Of a stretch of 64,000 nucleotides of DNA, positions 37,800-51,607 are shown piece by piece. The notes beneath the pieces are model-generated. The model searched no databases, was not told where the DNA came from, and saw only the letters and a program-made list of their open reading frames with translations. This stretch comes from Heptranchias perlo (lineage: Eukaryota), in the NCBI RefSeq assembly GCF_035084215.1, contig NC_090363.1, forward strand, positions 12,214,001 through 12,278,000, given 5' to 3'. Both the position numbers and the translations under genes were made by a program. Each line of letters starts with the position of its first letter. The stretch's first letter is position 1.

Positions 37800-40230
37800 C
37801 ATTATTCGAAAGCACAACGTCAGGTTCCATATCTACGCTGCCGGCTCCTAGCTCTACCTCACCAACATCTCTCTGGACACCTCCACTGACTTTGATTTGT
37901 CACACTGCTTGTCCGATATCCAGCATTAAATGAGCAGAAATTTCCTCCAATTAAATATTGGGAAGACCGAAGGCATTGGTCAAGGCAAAAAAGGAAAGCT
38001 AATCTCACACACCGAGAACTCAATACTACAGAAAGCCTAGAGGAGTAGAGAAAGTGCAGGGGTGAAATTAAAAAAGAAATTAGAAAGCAAAGAGAGGGCA
38101 TGAAAAAAATATTGGCAAGTAAAATCAAGGAAAACCCAAAGATGTTTTATAAATACATTAAGAGCAAGAGGATAACTAAGGAAAGAGTAGGGCCTATTAG
38201 AGACCAAAAGGTAACCTATGTGTGGAGGCGGAAGATGTTGGTCTGGTTCTCAATGAATACTTTGCATCTGTCTTCACAAAAGAGAGGGACAATGCAGGCA
38301 TTGTAGTTAAGGAGGAGGAGTCAGAAATATTGGATGGGATAAACATAGTGAGAGAGGAAGTATTAAGGCGAATAACATCTTTGAAAGTAGATAAATCGCC
38401 AGGCCCGGATGAAATGTATCCCAGGTTGTGAAAAGAATCAAGGGAGGAAATAGTGGAGGCTCTGACCATCATTTCCAATCCTCCCTGGATACAGGCGTGG
38501 TGCCAGAGGATTGGAGGACAGCTAACATTGTACTGTTGTTTAAAAAGGGAGAAAGGGATAGACCTAATAATTACAGGCCAGTCAGTTTAACCTCGGTGGT
38601 GGGCAAGTTATTGGAATCAATTCTGTGGGACAGGATAAACCGTCACTTTAGAAAGGCATGAATGAATCAAGGACAGTCAGCATGGATTTGTTAAGGGAAG
38701 GTCGTGTCTGACTGATTGATTGCATTTTTTGAGCGGGTAATAAGGAGGGTCGATGAGGGTAGTGTGTTTGATGATATGGATTTTAGCAAGACTTTTGACA
38801 AGGTCCCACATGGCACACTGGTCAAAAAAGTACAAGATAATGGAATCCAAGGGAAAGTGGCAAGTTGGATCCAAAATTGGCCGAGTTGCAGGAAGGAAAG
38901 GGTAATGGTCGATGGGTGTTTTTGTGACTAGAAGGCTGTTTCCATTGTGGTTCAGCAGGGCTCAGTACTGGGTCCCCTGCTTTTTGTGGCATATATTAAT
39001 GATTTAGACTTAAATGTAGTGGGCATGATTAAGAAGTTTGCAGATGATACAAAAATTGGCCGCTTGGTTGATAGTGAGGAGGAAAGCTGTAGACTGCAGG
39101 AAGATATCAGTGGATTGGTCAGGTGGGCAGAAAAGTGGCAAATGGAATTCAATCTGGAGAAATGTGCGGTAATACATTTGGGGAGGACAAACAAGGCAAA
39201 GGAGTACACAATAAATGGGAGGATACTGAGAGGTGTAGAGGAAGTGAGGGACCTTGGAGTGCATGTCCACAGATCCCTGAAGATATCAGGACAGGTAGAT
39301 AAGGTGGTTAAGAAGGCATACGGGATAATTTCCTTTATTAGCAGAGGCATAGAATATAAGAGCAGGGAGGTTATGCTAGAACTGTATCAAACACTAGTTA
39401 GGCCACAGCTTGAGTACTGTGGACAGTTCTGGTCACCACATTACAGGAAGGATGTAATTGCACTAGAGAGGGCACAAAGGAGATTTATGATGATATTGCC
39501 AGGACTGGAGAATTTTAGCCATGAGGAAAGATTGGATAGGCTGGGGTTGTTTTCTTTGAAATGGAGGAGGCTGAGGGGTGATTTAATTGAGGTGTAGAAA
39601 ATTATGAGGGGCCTAGATAGAGAGGATAGGAAGGACCTATTTCACTTAGCAGATCGATCGAGAACAAGGGGTTCATAGATTTAAAGTGATTCGATGAAAG
39701 ATTAGAGGGGAGCTGAGGAAAATAATTTTCACTCAGAGGTTGTTGGTGGTCTGGAATATCTGTTTGAAAGGGTGGTAGAGGCAGAAACCCTTATCACAGT
39801 TAAAAAGTGCTTGGATATACACCTGAAGTACCATAACCTACAAAGCTATAGACCAACTGCTGGAAAGTGGGATCACGCTGAGTGGCTCATTTTCGGCCAG
39901 CGCAGATACAATGGGCTGAATGGCCTCCTTCTATGCTATAAATTTTCTATGGTTCTATGATTCATTGTCTTCAGTCCCCGCCACAAGTTCCATTCCCTAG
40001 CCACCGACTCCATCTCATCCTTGCTTTTAATTCCTTCCATGGCCTCGCTCCTCCCTATCTTTGTAACCTCTTCTAGCCCTACAACCTTCCGAGATCTCTG
40101 CATTCCTCCAATTCTGGCTTCTTGCACATCCCGGATTTCAATCGCTCCACCATTGGCGGCCGTGCCTTCTGTTACCTCGGCCTTAAGCCCTGGAATTCCG
40201 TCCCTAAACCTCTCCGCCTCTCTCCTCCTT
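37800..40230 (+). mobile_element. L2 fragment interrupted by a ~2-kb frameshifted CR1 (~37980-39960)
   Basis: CR1 ORF2 pieces in several frames (KSPGPD, NYRPVSLT, FADD); L2 resumes at ttcattgtcttcagtcccc (39961). Confidence 0.85.
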
Positions 40231-40992
40231 TACGATTATCCTCTGTGCCATTATAAAACGTGTTTAACGACGCATACTTATCTTTGCAAGTTGTGTTGCT
40301 TAATAAATTGATGTTATAGCTGGATTGCTTTCAGTAACCAACTGTTTGCTGAGAATGTGCGTAAATATTCCGATTACCTGCCAAATAAACATTGCAATAT
40401 ATTTTCTGTTACTTCTGTAAACGCTTTGCTATTTATTAACATCACTCTACCTTGAACCTGTGAAGAAAGGGGAGTTCAGTCGTGCTTTTCTCTTTAAAAA
40501 AAAGTTGCATTTGCAGGAGGTTTCGAGAATCCGTTTTCTGAAATTCAATCGCACGAAAGGATTTACAAAGAAAATAATGCAGCCCTGTCTCCTCCACCGA
40601 ACTCTCCCACAGCAAACGAAAGATAACGCCAATCAATCAGTTCTTCCCATATTGACAATGAATAACGAGAAGACCATGGGGATGGTTGTTGGTGTCATTG
40701 TTATTATCAGTGTCAGACTGACGTTGATATAAAACAGGTAGCGTTTCTTCACGAATAAACCTGGAAAATATTTCACGGCGCAGACACGATGGGTCAATGG
40801 CCTTCTTTTGTTCTGTAAGATTCTATGATGTTTATAAACGTAAAGTGCGTTGTACAAATATTTTTACTTCTACACATAGACGCACTTCCGCTCAACTCGT
40901 GTCTGATCACTGAAACGAATGTGATTAAATTATTTGTAAATGATTCTCATGACTATCCGATGACTCATGTTCAAAACCGTACCTGCATCACT

Positions 40993-42400
40993 AACAACAG
41001 CAACAACTTGCATTTATATAGCGCCTTTAACATAGTAAAACGTTGTCAGCAGCGGAGACAACTTAAATTTGACACCGAGCCACACAAGGAGATATTAGGT
41101 GACCAAGTTCTTAGTCAAAGAAGTAGGTTTTAAGGAGCATCTTAAAGGAGGAGAGAGCAGTAGAGAGGCTGAGAGGTTTATGCAGGGAAATTCAAAGCTT
41201 GGGGCCGAGACAGGGCCACCAATGGAGGAGCAATGAAAATCGGGGATTCTCAAGAGGCCAGAATTGTAGGAGCACAGATATCTCAGTGGATTATAGGGCT
41301 GGAGGACGTTACAGAGATTGGGAGGGGCGAGGCGATGCAGTGATTTGAAGAGGATGAAAATTTTAAAATGGAGGCGTTCCCGGATCTGGAGCCAATGTAG
41401 ATCACGAACACAGGAGTAATGGGTGGACGGGCGTTGCTGTGATTAAGGATATGGGCAATTAAGTTTGTGTGAGCTCAAGTTTATAGAGGTTGCAAGGTGG
41501 GAGGCCGACCAGGAGAGCATTGGAATAGACGAGTCCAGAGGTAACAAAGGCATGGATGAGGGTTTCAGCAGCAGAGGGGCTGAGGCAGCGGCAGAGGGGG
41601 CGGATGTTGTGGAGGTGGAAGTAGGCGGTCTTCGTGATGGAAATGATATGAGGTCAGAAGCTCAGCTCAGGGTAAAATAGAATGCCAACGTTGTGAACAG
41701 ACTGGTTCAGCCTCAGATAGTGGCCAGGGAGAGGGATGGAGTCATTGGTTAGAGACGGGAGTATGTGGCGGGGACCAAAGATAAAGGCTTCAATCTGCCC
41801 ACTATTTAATTGAAGGAAATTGCTGCCCATCCAATACTGGATGTCAGACAAACAACCTGAAAAATCAGAGACGGTGGACGGGTCGAGAGAGGTGGTGGTG
41901 AGGTAGTGTTGGGTGTCATACACGTGGAATCTGAAATCGTGATTTTGGATAATATCACTGAGGGGCAACATGCAGATGAGAAATAGGAGTGGGCCAAGGT
42001 TAAAACCTGGGGACTCCAGAGGTAATGGTGCCAGAATGGCAAATGAAGCCATTGCAGGTGATTCTCTGGCTACGACTGGATAGATAGGAATGGAAACAGG
42101 CGAGGGCATTTCCACCCAGCTGGACAACGGGGGAGAGGCTTTGGAGGAGGATGGTGTGGACCCCATAATGCTTTATGTGGTCCAACCATAATGGCGATTA
42201 ATGGTAAAAGCAGTTGTCTGCCATAAACGTTCAAGGCTGGGTCCTTTGGAGTTAACGGGGTGGAGATGGGGCTGTACTACGGGGAACCAACTGGGTGAGA
42301 GAGTAATGGTTTTAATGGAGGCAAGGGCATCAAAGGTAGAGGTGAGGGTGTGTTTGAGCAGATCGGTGGCCATTAGATACAGTGGAAATATTTTATATTG
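40993..42400 (-). mobile_element. L2-type LINE with internal deletion, at the start of duplication unit 1
   Basis: (TTG)n tail at 40993; LGPLLFLIC.LPL, LSDIQYWM..NFLQLN motifs; homologous pieces at 52190-52600 and ~61325-62525. Confidence 0.8.
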
Positions 42401-42933
42401 ATCAAAATGACCATTCAGGGCACGACAGTGACCAACGGTCACTCAATCGCCGACCATGGTGAAAAAGTGTTAATCGCCCTCACAATGGACTGAAAGATGC
42501 AGCCGGGTGATGACCTATTTTATATTCCACTCCCAGCTTCGATATTGGATGTCATGAAGTCAAAACGATTTACTCCATCACTCTTTCACTCTCACAGCTT
42601 TTTGATATCATTTACACTTTGTTAAGTGCTAACGGACGGGTTCACATTTTAATCCCCTTCTTCTCCATTTACCTTTTAGTTTTTATGACTGGAACCTTCG
42701 CAAAATTAATTAAAGCACCGTGTTATCAACGCGATCAAAGTGATGCAATGAGGTAACAGGTTCAGAGCGCGGCATTAATTAGCCTGAGAATGCCCATTGG
42801 AGCCTCGATTTTCTCAGTGCCTCATTAAGTGATCGTTTGGAAAATAAATATGTTCTAATGTGTTTGTTCTAAGAACCGTGGCTAATTCCAGGTCTTATGT
42901 AAAACCACTGCCTCCCTGTGGGACTGACTGGTG

Positions 42934-42940
42934 TATAAAA
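42934..42940 (+). promoter_or_regulatory. TATA box, GPCR copy 1
   Basis: TATAAAA 83 bp upstream of the ATG; same position in all three copies. Confidence 0.6.
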
Positions 42941-43016
42941 CAGCTCCTGTTTTAATGCATTGTCTTTGTGTCCAAACCAGACCCTTGCTTCCACGATTGT
43001 CTGGTTTAGTCAGGAA

Positions 43017-43086
43017 ATGGGAGGATCAGCAATTTTCTACGAATCAGTCATTTGCTATCCAATTCTTGCAATTATTGGTCTTCCCA
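43017..43086 (+). CDS. GPR139-like GPCR copy 1, exon 1 (MGGSAIFYESVICYPILAIIGLP)
   Basis: ATG at 43017, 70 nt, donor GTAAGT; supplies the first half of TM1 (YPILAIIGLP-TN). Confidence 0.85.
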
Positions 43087-43101
43087 GTAAGTAATAAATT
43101 A

Positions 43102-43227
43102 ATGAGGAAAGGTCATCGACCTGACACGTTAACTCTGCTTCTTTCTCCACAGATGCTGCCTCACTGAGTATTTTCGGCATTTTCTGATATTTTTCAGATT
43201 TCCAGGATCCGCAGTATTTTGCTTTTG
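43102..43227 (+). mobile_element. Penelope-like element terminal fragment with a degenerate hammerhead motif (copies at 53369-53492 and 63300-63425)
   Basis: TGANGA-A-AGGTC-ATC-GACCT-GAAAC-GTTA followed by acagatgctgcc...tgagtatttccagcattttctgtttttatttcag; recognised from recall of the fish Penelope-derived repeat. Confidence 0.65.
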
Positions 43228-44192
43228 AAGTAATAACAAGCATTTATTATTTGGACCATTGTTTAAATGCATTGTTGCTTTTTAATACATGCTGTTTGCC
43301 TCTACATCTTTGTTCTTTGGTTGCCCACCTTGTGGTAAGTTTATTGAACAGAAATGTCTCACTTATTTACTTCAAAATGACAACTTTTGTGATATTATAT
43401 AAGGCTCTCTAAACGTATACATCAAATGCAAGTTCTCCCCTTTGTTAAACGACTTGCAATCAGCTACCTGTAATAACTGTGGCCATCAGGTCTAAAATGA
43501 GGTTTCTCATGCGAAGTTTTAAACTGAGTTTCTATTCCAGATGTTAACAGGCCTGGTGCGGATCTTCAAGATTCTGTATTTCTGAATCACGTGCTTTCCT
43601 AAACGTTTGTCACGCTGTGAATTGACTTTGGGGGCAAATTTAACCCAACCCGTCCGTCGGGAAACTGATGGGATCAGGTGCGACGCTGGTTCTATAACCC
43701 ACCTGGTTTTACCCGCCATTGAAGTTAATGGGATGTAAAACCAGCGGTTCACCCGATCCGTGGGTTAAAATTACCCCCTCTGTGTCGGAATTTGAAGGAA
43801 ATCAATGGCTATTTTCCTAAACACCGATCATTACCCTCACATGATGACAAGCCTTCTCATCAGTAATGTGTCTCTCAGAAGATCATCGACAAAATCGTGA
43901 AACTGTCACAGTAAATCACGTGTGTCAAAGGAGGGGCCAATTTCCAGCAATTCGTTATTGGCACGTATTTTATTCTCGAAAGAGGTCAATTAAATCAGCA
44001 GAGTAGTGAGTGAACTTGGCATCGTCCAGATCTGGTTGTCTCAGTAACACACCCAGTGAGACTGGGAGGAATCCGTTTCAGTAACAAGCCTCCTGTCTCA
44101 CAGCTACGAAACATTCAATTCCAAGGGAGTGTGATTTTATATCGCTAATCTATTTCTTCGTTAATTCTCCTGGTTTTTCCAATTTCTTACAG

Positions 44193-45091
44193 CGAACCTG
44201 ATGTCAGTTGTGATCCTGTCACGGGGAAAGTGCGGTCTCTCCAAAGGAATCACTCGTTACATGGCGGCCATGGCAGTAGCAGATCTAATGGTTTGCATGT
44301 TTAATGTAATTTTGCAAAACATCTTTAGGTATCATTTTCTAAATTCATGGTTGAGCTACACTTACGTGTGCCGTTTCAATGCTTTTATACAAGTATTCAG
44401 TATTCAACTCTCTGTCTTATTCACAGTATCATTCACGTTTGACCGCTTCATATCCATTTGTTGCCAGAAACTAAAATTGAAATATTGCAACGAAAGAACT
44501 GCCACTGTAGTTTTAACGATTGTGTGTATACTCAGCTTTTTGATGATTATTCCTGTTTATTTCCGTTATGAGCCCTACTCTATTATTGACGATATACCGT
44601 GGGGCTGCCGTACAGTATCAGGATATTATTCTTCACTGGCACGGGTAGCTTACAAATGGATTAGCAATCTCTCATCCCCAATTCTCCCATTCCCTTTGTT
44701 ATTGCTGTTAAATTCTCTCACTGCCAGGCACATCTTAGTGGCCAGTAGATCTCGCAGAGCCCTGAAGAGCCGAAACAATGGGGAGAACAGCAGTGATCCC
44801 GAGATGAAGAACCGAAGAACATCCATCATTCTGCTCTTCGCTATCTCGGGGAGTTTTTTTGTGTTGTGGACGCCGATTACTGTAATAAACATCTGTATCG
44901 GTGTGACGGAGACACCTACTTTCAAAGGTTCAAACTCACTTTATTTGGCAATTAGAATCGCACTTCTGCTGATGTATTTGAGCTCCTGCACGAACACGTG
45001 CATTTATGCATTGACCCAGAGGAGATTCCGAGAGGAGATGAAGAATATGGTGAAATATCCGGTTACTCTCATTACTAAATTATTTAAATAA
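44193..45091 (+). CDS. GPR139/GPR142-like class A GPCR copy 1, exon 2 (full protein 322 aa)
   Basis: Acceptor ttcttacag. 7TM motifs: GLPTN (TM1), AMAVADL (TM2), C3.25, FTFDRF (TM3), ECL2 GC, ILPF (TM5), LWTP (TM6), NTCIY (TM7), RRFREE (helix 8). Intact ORF. Confidence 0.9.
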
Positions 45092-45559
45092 TTAAATTTT
45101 AATTCCTCGTATTTTCCTGGTATCCAGGTTCGTTGTTGCTACTTGAAGTGTTCGGCTGAGGCCAAATATTGCACCCATTGGTTCTCAACCTTCCACAACA
45201 CCAGTTGGCCATTTTCCTACCTCACAAGGTGATGGTAGTTACGCTGCTGTTCTAAAACTCGCAATACCGATATCAGAAAACAAACCACACCGAATTTTCC
45301 AAACATATTGCTGAAATAATGTTTTAACATAAACTTCACAACGTTTCACAATTGTTCATTTTTTGAGGTGAAAGCACAGCGAGCAATGGTGCCCACCGGT
45401 TCTCAATGATTTGCAGAAGATTCCCTTTGGCTGCTACTATGAAGATATCAGATACACAACGTGAAGATTCCATCTGGTCTGTACGTGTGAGGGCATCAGA
45501 AACTCATCGGGAATGCTTCTTTTGTATCCAGTCTTAAAGGATGTCAGTTTGGTTCCTGT

Positions 45560-46165
45560 GTGTAAGGGGTTGGAAGTTATGCTACAGCTATAGAAAGCCC
45601 TGGTTCGACCTCACCTGATATACTGTGTACAGCTCTGAGCACCGCACCTTAGGAAGGTGATATTGATCTTGGAGGGGGTGCAGCATAGGTTTACTAGAAT
45701 GATAACTGGAATCCAAGGGTTAAATTAGGTGAGATTACACAAACTATGGTTGTATTCCCTAGATTTTAGAAGATTAAGGTGCGAGATGATCAAAGTTTTC
45801 AAGATATTAAGGGGAACTGAAGGGGTAAATATAGAGAAACAATTTCCGCTGGTCGGGGAGTCTCGGACCAATGGGATACCGCCTAAAAATCGAGCCAGAA
45901 CCTTCAGGAGTGAAGTCAGGAAACACTTCTACTGGGGTGGTAGAAGTTTGGAACTCTGTTCGGCAATCGGCGGTTGATGCTAGCTCGATTGTTCATTTGA
46001 AATCAGAGATTGATCTATTTTTGTTATTCATAGGTATTAAAGGATTTGGGGCAAAGCCGGGTATATGAAGTTAATTCACAGATCAGCCATGAACTCATTG
46101 AACGGCAGAACCGCCTCCAGTGGCTAAATGGCCTACTCCTGTTCCTATGATGTTATGTTCCTATG
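45560..46165 (+). mobile_element. CR1 3' fragment (duplicated at ~55260-55870)
   Basis: LYSLDFRRLR, WNS; ttcctatg tail; present in both units. Confidence 0.85.
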
Positions 46166-48759
46166 ATATCAGAAACACAACAATATATGTATTTCTGCAA
46201 AAAGGGACAGAAATTTTGTTTCTTTGTGATAAGCTCCACAACTGTCTCCTGACTGGAGATTAATAGACACGGGAAGTCACATCACTGGGTGTGCGAGATT
46301 ATATAACAATTGGACCATATTGTAAAATAACGGGACTTATTTATTTCATTTATTCTTTGAATGTGGGCATCCCTGGATAGGCCGGACTTTATTGTCCATC
46401 GCTAATTGTCCTGTGAACCTTTTGTTTTATTCGTTCATGGGTTGTGAGCGTCGCTAGCAAGGCCAGCATTCATTGCCCATCTCGAATTGCCCTTGAGAAG
46501 GTGGTGGTGAGCCGCCTTCTTGAACCGCCGCAGTCCGTGTGGTGAAGGTTCTCCCACAGTGCTGGTGATGGCAGGCCTTCTGCCTTGAATCACTGTCAGT
46601 TGTTTGAAACAAATGTGTGGATTGTGTGGCCACTTTACAGCGTAGCGAACCATTACACTACCGTAGCCATGACTTCATTATAACGCAGTGTCCAGCTGGC
46701 CCAATCCGTGAATCTGAGCCTTGCTTGTAAATGATCCGTTCCAATCATGATTTGATTTTTGGCGTTAGGAGCTCAACAATTCGCTTCAATGCTCAAGGAC
46801 TGGGGATGTGTAAAAGTTGGGCGTGGTCCGCTCTCCTGGTCAAATTTAAATGACCCCTCTGCGAAAGTGTGCCTGTCTGGATTCAAGGAAGAGCTCAGCT
46901 TGAATTAACCCAAGGTTATATCTCATGTCGAGAATCACAGTGCATCCTCACAGGCAATGGAAGATCATACCCTCTGTACCATGTGTCAGAATTAGCGGAA
47001 AGCTTCCGTCGATGTTTTCCTGCGAAATCCCTTACATTTTGCAGAAATACATATCATATTGTATTGCAGATGATATCCGTGCACACGGAGACCAAGGTAT
47101 TCCAGATCAGTTCTTGATGTCCTCAGACGCACAGTTCAGTTGCAATTTCAGTGTTCTGTCGCTGATATTTTTACTCATATGGACCAAATGCAATCTTTCT
47201 GTTCTGCAGATGATATGGTCAATCAGAGGGAGCAAATGAATCTTCCAGTTTTGTTTCAGATATCTTCACTATTGGGAACAAAGTTCATTTTCCCATTGTG
47301 TAGAAGATACATTTACTCAAAGCGATGAAAGGGAATCTTCCCATTGTGTATCTGACATCTTGACTGGTAGGGAAAAAAGGAATCTTCTATCCTTTGTCAA
47401 GCACTGATGGGAATCTTTCCCAACTGCGTTTTCATCTCAAAAATGAACAATTGTGAAAAATATTAAGGATTAAGTTACGCATGTGATCATCTAACGTTCA
47501 CCAGATTGAAACATCTGGATGAAAGTGTCCAATATGTCACTTGTACCTCAATGTTTTCTCCCAGTCTACATATATTGTAAATCTATCTTCAGAATTGATC
47601 GCAAGTGGGGCAATTCAAAAATCGAATTCATTGTCCGCATGCCTGATTGATTACTTTTTCTGTGCAGATCTGAATCAAATTGAAATGAATTTGTGATTTT
47701 AAAATATTTTAGAAAGCCAAATCTACAGAAATACTTTTCCATGCAATTTGATTTGATATAACTGTCCTGCTTAACGAGTCGGAGGCCATTTTATCAGGGC
47801 ATGAGTAATCTTCGAAGGGGCTGATGTGCAAATGACATCATTCATGGTTCCATGATTGGACGGTAATAAATTTCGGCAAGAAACATTGGCGGATTAAAAG
47901 AGGAAAGTTGATTATATCGGCCTGCTATCAACAAAATGGTGGATATAATTGCATGATGAATGATAAAAGTAATTATTTTGGGAAAGGAACGGAATGATGC
48001 AGCAAACAGACTGTGGGGAGGTCCTCAATTGAAAAAAAAAGACTCAGGCGAAGGGCCATGAGCAACCGCGCAAATAGAGGGACATACGGGAAGTTTGACA
48101 GCAATAAGCCAATCGTTCATTCAAAATCTTAGTATATTAGCTTGTTTAGTTGTTCAAATGTTAAACCCTGTCAATGGCTTTGAATATCAGGAAAGTAAAT
48201 TCCCAAATACTCACCAGTAGGAATCTGATGGTTTATGAAGGGGCTAAAAAGGGCATCAGTAGAACTGCCTCACCGAACTCCATACTGGTGATCAGAGATT
48301 AGAAGAGAACTTTCAGGTCGATGGATTAATTAAGTTTTAAAATTTGCCACCTAAATTTTGGAAAACACAGGGTTAAGTGCAATAGGCCCTTAGTTAGAAA
48401 GTCAGAGCAATCGACGTTCTTTGGGATCGAACTTTGACAAACAGCACTATAAGTAAAAAGGATATGAGGAATGAATGCAACCGACAGTGTGTAAACAGAA
48501 CAACGCGTGCCTGAGATTAGACACATGCATCTCGAGAACCATAGGAAGAATTCTACCAGAGTTGGAGGTTTTTGGAGTCAATGAAAGGCATAATCCAACA
48601 TACAGTTTATTATAATGTTGAAACATTACATAAAGTGACCGTGAGAATGCCTTGAAGACATTTTAGTGAAGTCTCACTATATGATTGGTATATTAATATA
48701 CTCCAATTTGGCTTTCGCAATATTAACCCACATTCAAACATGTGTATGGGGTAGGAAAT

Positions 48760-50690
48760 CAACATAGGAACAAGAATAAACAATTCAGTCCCTCGACCCT
48801 TTCCGCTGTTCAATGAGATCATGGCTGATCTGTATCCTAACTCCATCCACCCGCCTTGGTTCCTGATCCTTTAATAACCTTGGCTAGCAAAACTGTTATC
48901 GATCTCAGATTTAAAATTATGAATTGAAGTAGCATCTGTTGCTTTTAGTGGGAGAGAGTTCCACATTGCTACCACTCTATGTGTGAAGAAATGTTTCCTA
49001 ATTTCTCTCCTGAATGGCCTGGTTATGATTTTAAGGTTATGTCCCCTTGTCCGAAACTCCCCAACCAGCGGATTTTTTTTCCCTCCATCAACCCTAGCAA
49101 ATCCTTTCAAAATCCTAAAAACGTCAATTAAATCACCCGTTAACCTTCTATATTCGAGGGGCTACAAACCTGGTTTGTGTATTCTCACCATATAATCTCA
49201 CCCTTGGAGCCCTGGTAACATTTCTTCACTCAACGGGGTGGTGAACCTATGGAATTCTCTACCACAGAATGCTATGGAGGCCAAGTCACTGAATATATTT
49301 AAGAAGGAGCTAGATAGATTTCCAGACACAAAAGGCATCAAGGGGTATGGGAAGAGAGCGGGAATATGGTATTGAGATAGAGGATCAGCCATAATCATAT
49401 TGAATGACGCAGCAGTCTCGAAGGGCCGAATGGCATAATCCTGCTCCTATTTTCTATGTTTCTATGTTACATTCTGGTGAATTTGCACTGCACTCCTTCC
49501 AAGGCCAATATATCCTTTCTGAGGCGCAATGCCCAGAACTGTACACAGTACTCCAGATGTAGTTTAACCAGGGCTTTGTATCGCTGTTGCAATCCTTCCT
49601 CCTTTTTATATTCTGGCCCTCTAGTTATTAAGGCGAACATTCCATTAGTTTTTTTGATTATTTTTTGTACCTGATTACTACATTTTAGTGATCTGTGTAG
49701 ATGGACCATTAAATCTCTTTGGACCTCCACTGTTCCTAACTTTTCACCATTGAAAATTGCTCGGATCAATCCTTTTTTGGTCCTCGCACTTTTGGATGAC
49801 CTCACACTTGCCTGAATTGAAATTTCAATAACTTCTCCACATCAAATGTTAGACTCACAGATTTATAATTTCCTGGTACTCACTCTCGTCTTTCTTAAAT
49901 AATGGAGTTACATTTGCCGTATTCCAATCTAAAGACGCAATTCCAGAATCGAGAGAGCTTTGGAAGATTATGGCTAAAGCATCTGCAATTTCCTCACCTC
50001 CTTCCTTTAAAATCCTGGGATGGAAACCATCAGGTCCTGGGGATTTGTCAGTCTATACTGCCCTTATTAATCCTAATTTTGTTGTCTTGCTTACATTAAC
50101 GTCAGTGAGTTTCAGTCCTTGATTCATTATTAGCTTCCCTGGAGTGTTCGGTATATTATCCTTTTCCTCTACTGTGAAGATTGACACAAAATAATTATTC
50201 AACAAGTCTGCCACTTCCTTATTTTCATTTGCAATATTACCAGCGTCTGTTTTGATTACCGTTTTTCTTCTAATATAATCGTAAACACCTTTTGTGTTGA
50301 TCTTGGTATCCCTCGCAAGGCTCTTTTCGTATTCCGTTTTTTGCAGGCATTTTTATCTGTTTTGGCTTCCTTTGCTGTTCTTTATATCACCCCCAGTCCC
50401 CTGGATCTACACTATTCTTTGTACTCTTTTATGCCCTTTCGTTTAGTTTTATGTTGTCTCTCATCTTTTTATTCTGCCATGACTGTTTTATTTGGTACGT
50501 CGAGCTCTTGTCCCTTCTGGTTATATACTGGTCCTGTATCAAATTAAATTCTTCTTTGAACACCGCCCACTGTTCGTCTGCAGTTTGACTCGACAACAGT
50601 TTTGATAAGATTGATTTCGTCAGTCTCTGTCTCACCGCTTTAAAGTTAGCCATATCAAAATCTGGAATCTTAGAAATTGTGTTACGTTTC
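48760..50690 (-). mobile_element. Degraded CR1 with a nested plus-strand CR1 3' end (~49223-49468); duplicated at ~58585-60470
   Basis: RT motifs with deletions; in unit 2 the nested insertion is flanked by a GTAACATT duplication (59039, 59290). Confidence 0.85.
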
Positions 50691-50759
50691 TCCTCAGGGA
50701 GTGAATCATTCCTTTTTAAACACTGTGTATTGTACATGTACAGGACTGACACTGAGACA

Positions 50760-51025
50760 CTGTTTCTATTTCTCTCTCTCCATCTTTATCCCTCTATATC
50801 TCTCTACCTCACTCTCCGTCCTCTCTGTTTCTCTGTCTCTATTTCTCGCTGTCTGAATCTCTTTTGTTCATTTCTCTCCCCCACTCGCTGCCCTTTCTCT
50901 TTCCCTCTCTCCTTCTTTCACTCTTCTGCTCACTCTCTATTTGTATTTCTCTCTCTATCCCTTTTCCCCTGCCCCTATCACTGTTCCTCTCCCTTTCTTG
51001 CTGTCTCCCTTTCATTGTTGTCTCT
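50760..51025 (+). repeat. CT-rich low-complexity tract
   Basis: Direct inspection. Confidence 0.85.
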
Positions 51026-51607
51026 GAAATGTTCTTCATTGAGATGTACTCTGAAATATTTCAGTCTCACTGGTAAATAACAACAAATCACAATTCTATA
51101 GCTTTTCTATACATTAAAGATTCAATTAGGCGTTGCAAATCTGTCAGGAAGTTCTGGTTTCTCAACTTAAAACATTTTAGTGTTTAAAATTTTACAGGGA
51201 CCTGAGATCAAAAGCTGTTTCCCATTCAGACATTCCAGCATTTGGAAGTCCCTGTTATCTTTACAGAGACAAGAGATGGAATTGTTCAATAGAGATTGAA
51301 GATTTGATCAATTGAGTAGTGTCAGAATTAGATTGAATCGCTCACATCTACACTGGATTCAAGCTGTTTCCAGTAAACACCCTGAGGCAATGAAATGGGT
51401 AAACCATGTCTGAGAAATTTCAAAGTGACGAAACACACTGGAACAGGAAATGGGAGAATATACAAAACCGGAGGCCCAGAACAGAGCAGAAGGAAGGTGT
51501 TAGCATCAATTGCAGTTTTTGCATCTGTTGTGTATTTGGACCAGATGCTGTTTAACTTTAGTTCTTTAATGTAGTCGCTGGACAGTGAGGGCTGTGCCTG
51601 GGGAGCC

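Noticed and set aside
42931-43167. Conserved small ORF MYKTAPV... present in all three units
   Set aside because: Alternative frame overlapping the TATA box and exon 1, starting at GTG; its conservation follows from the duplication.
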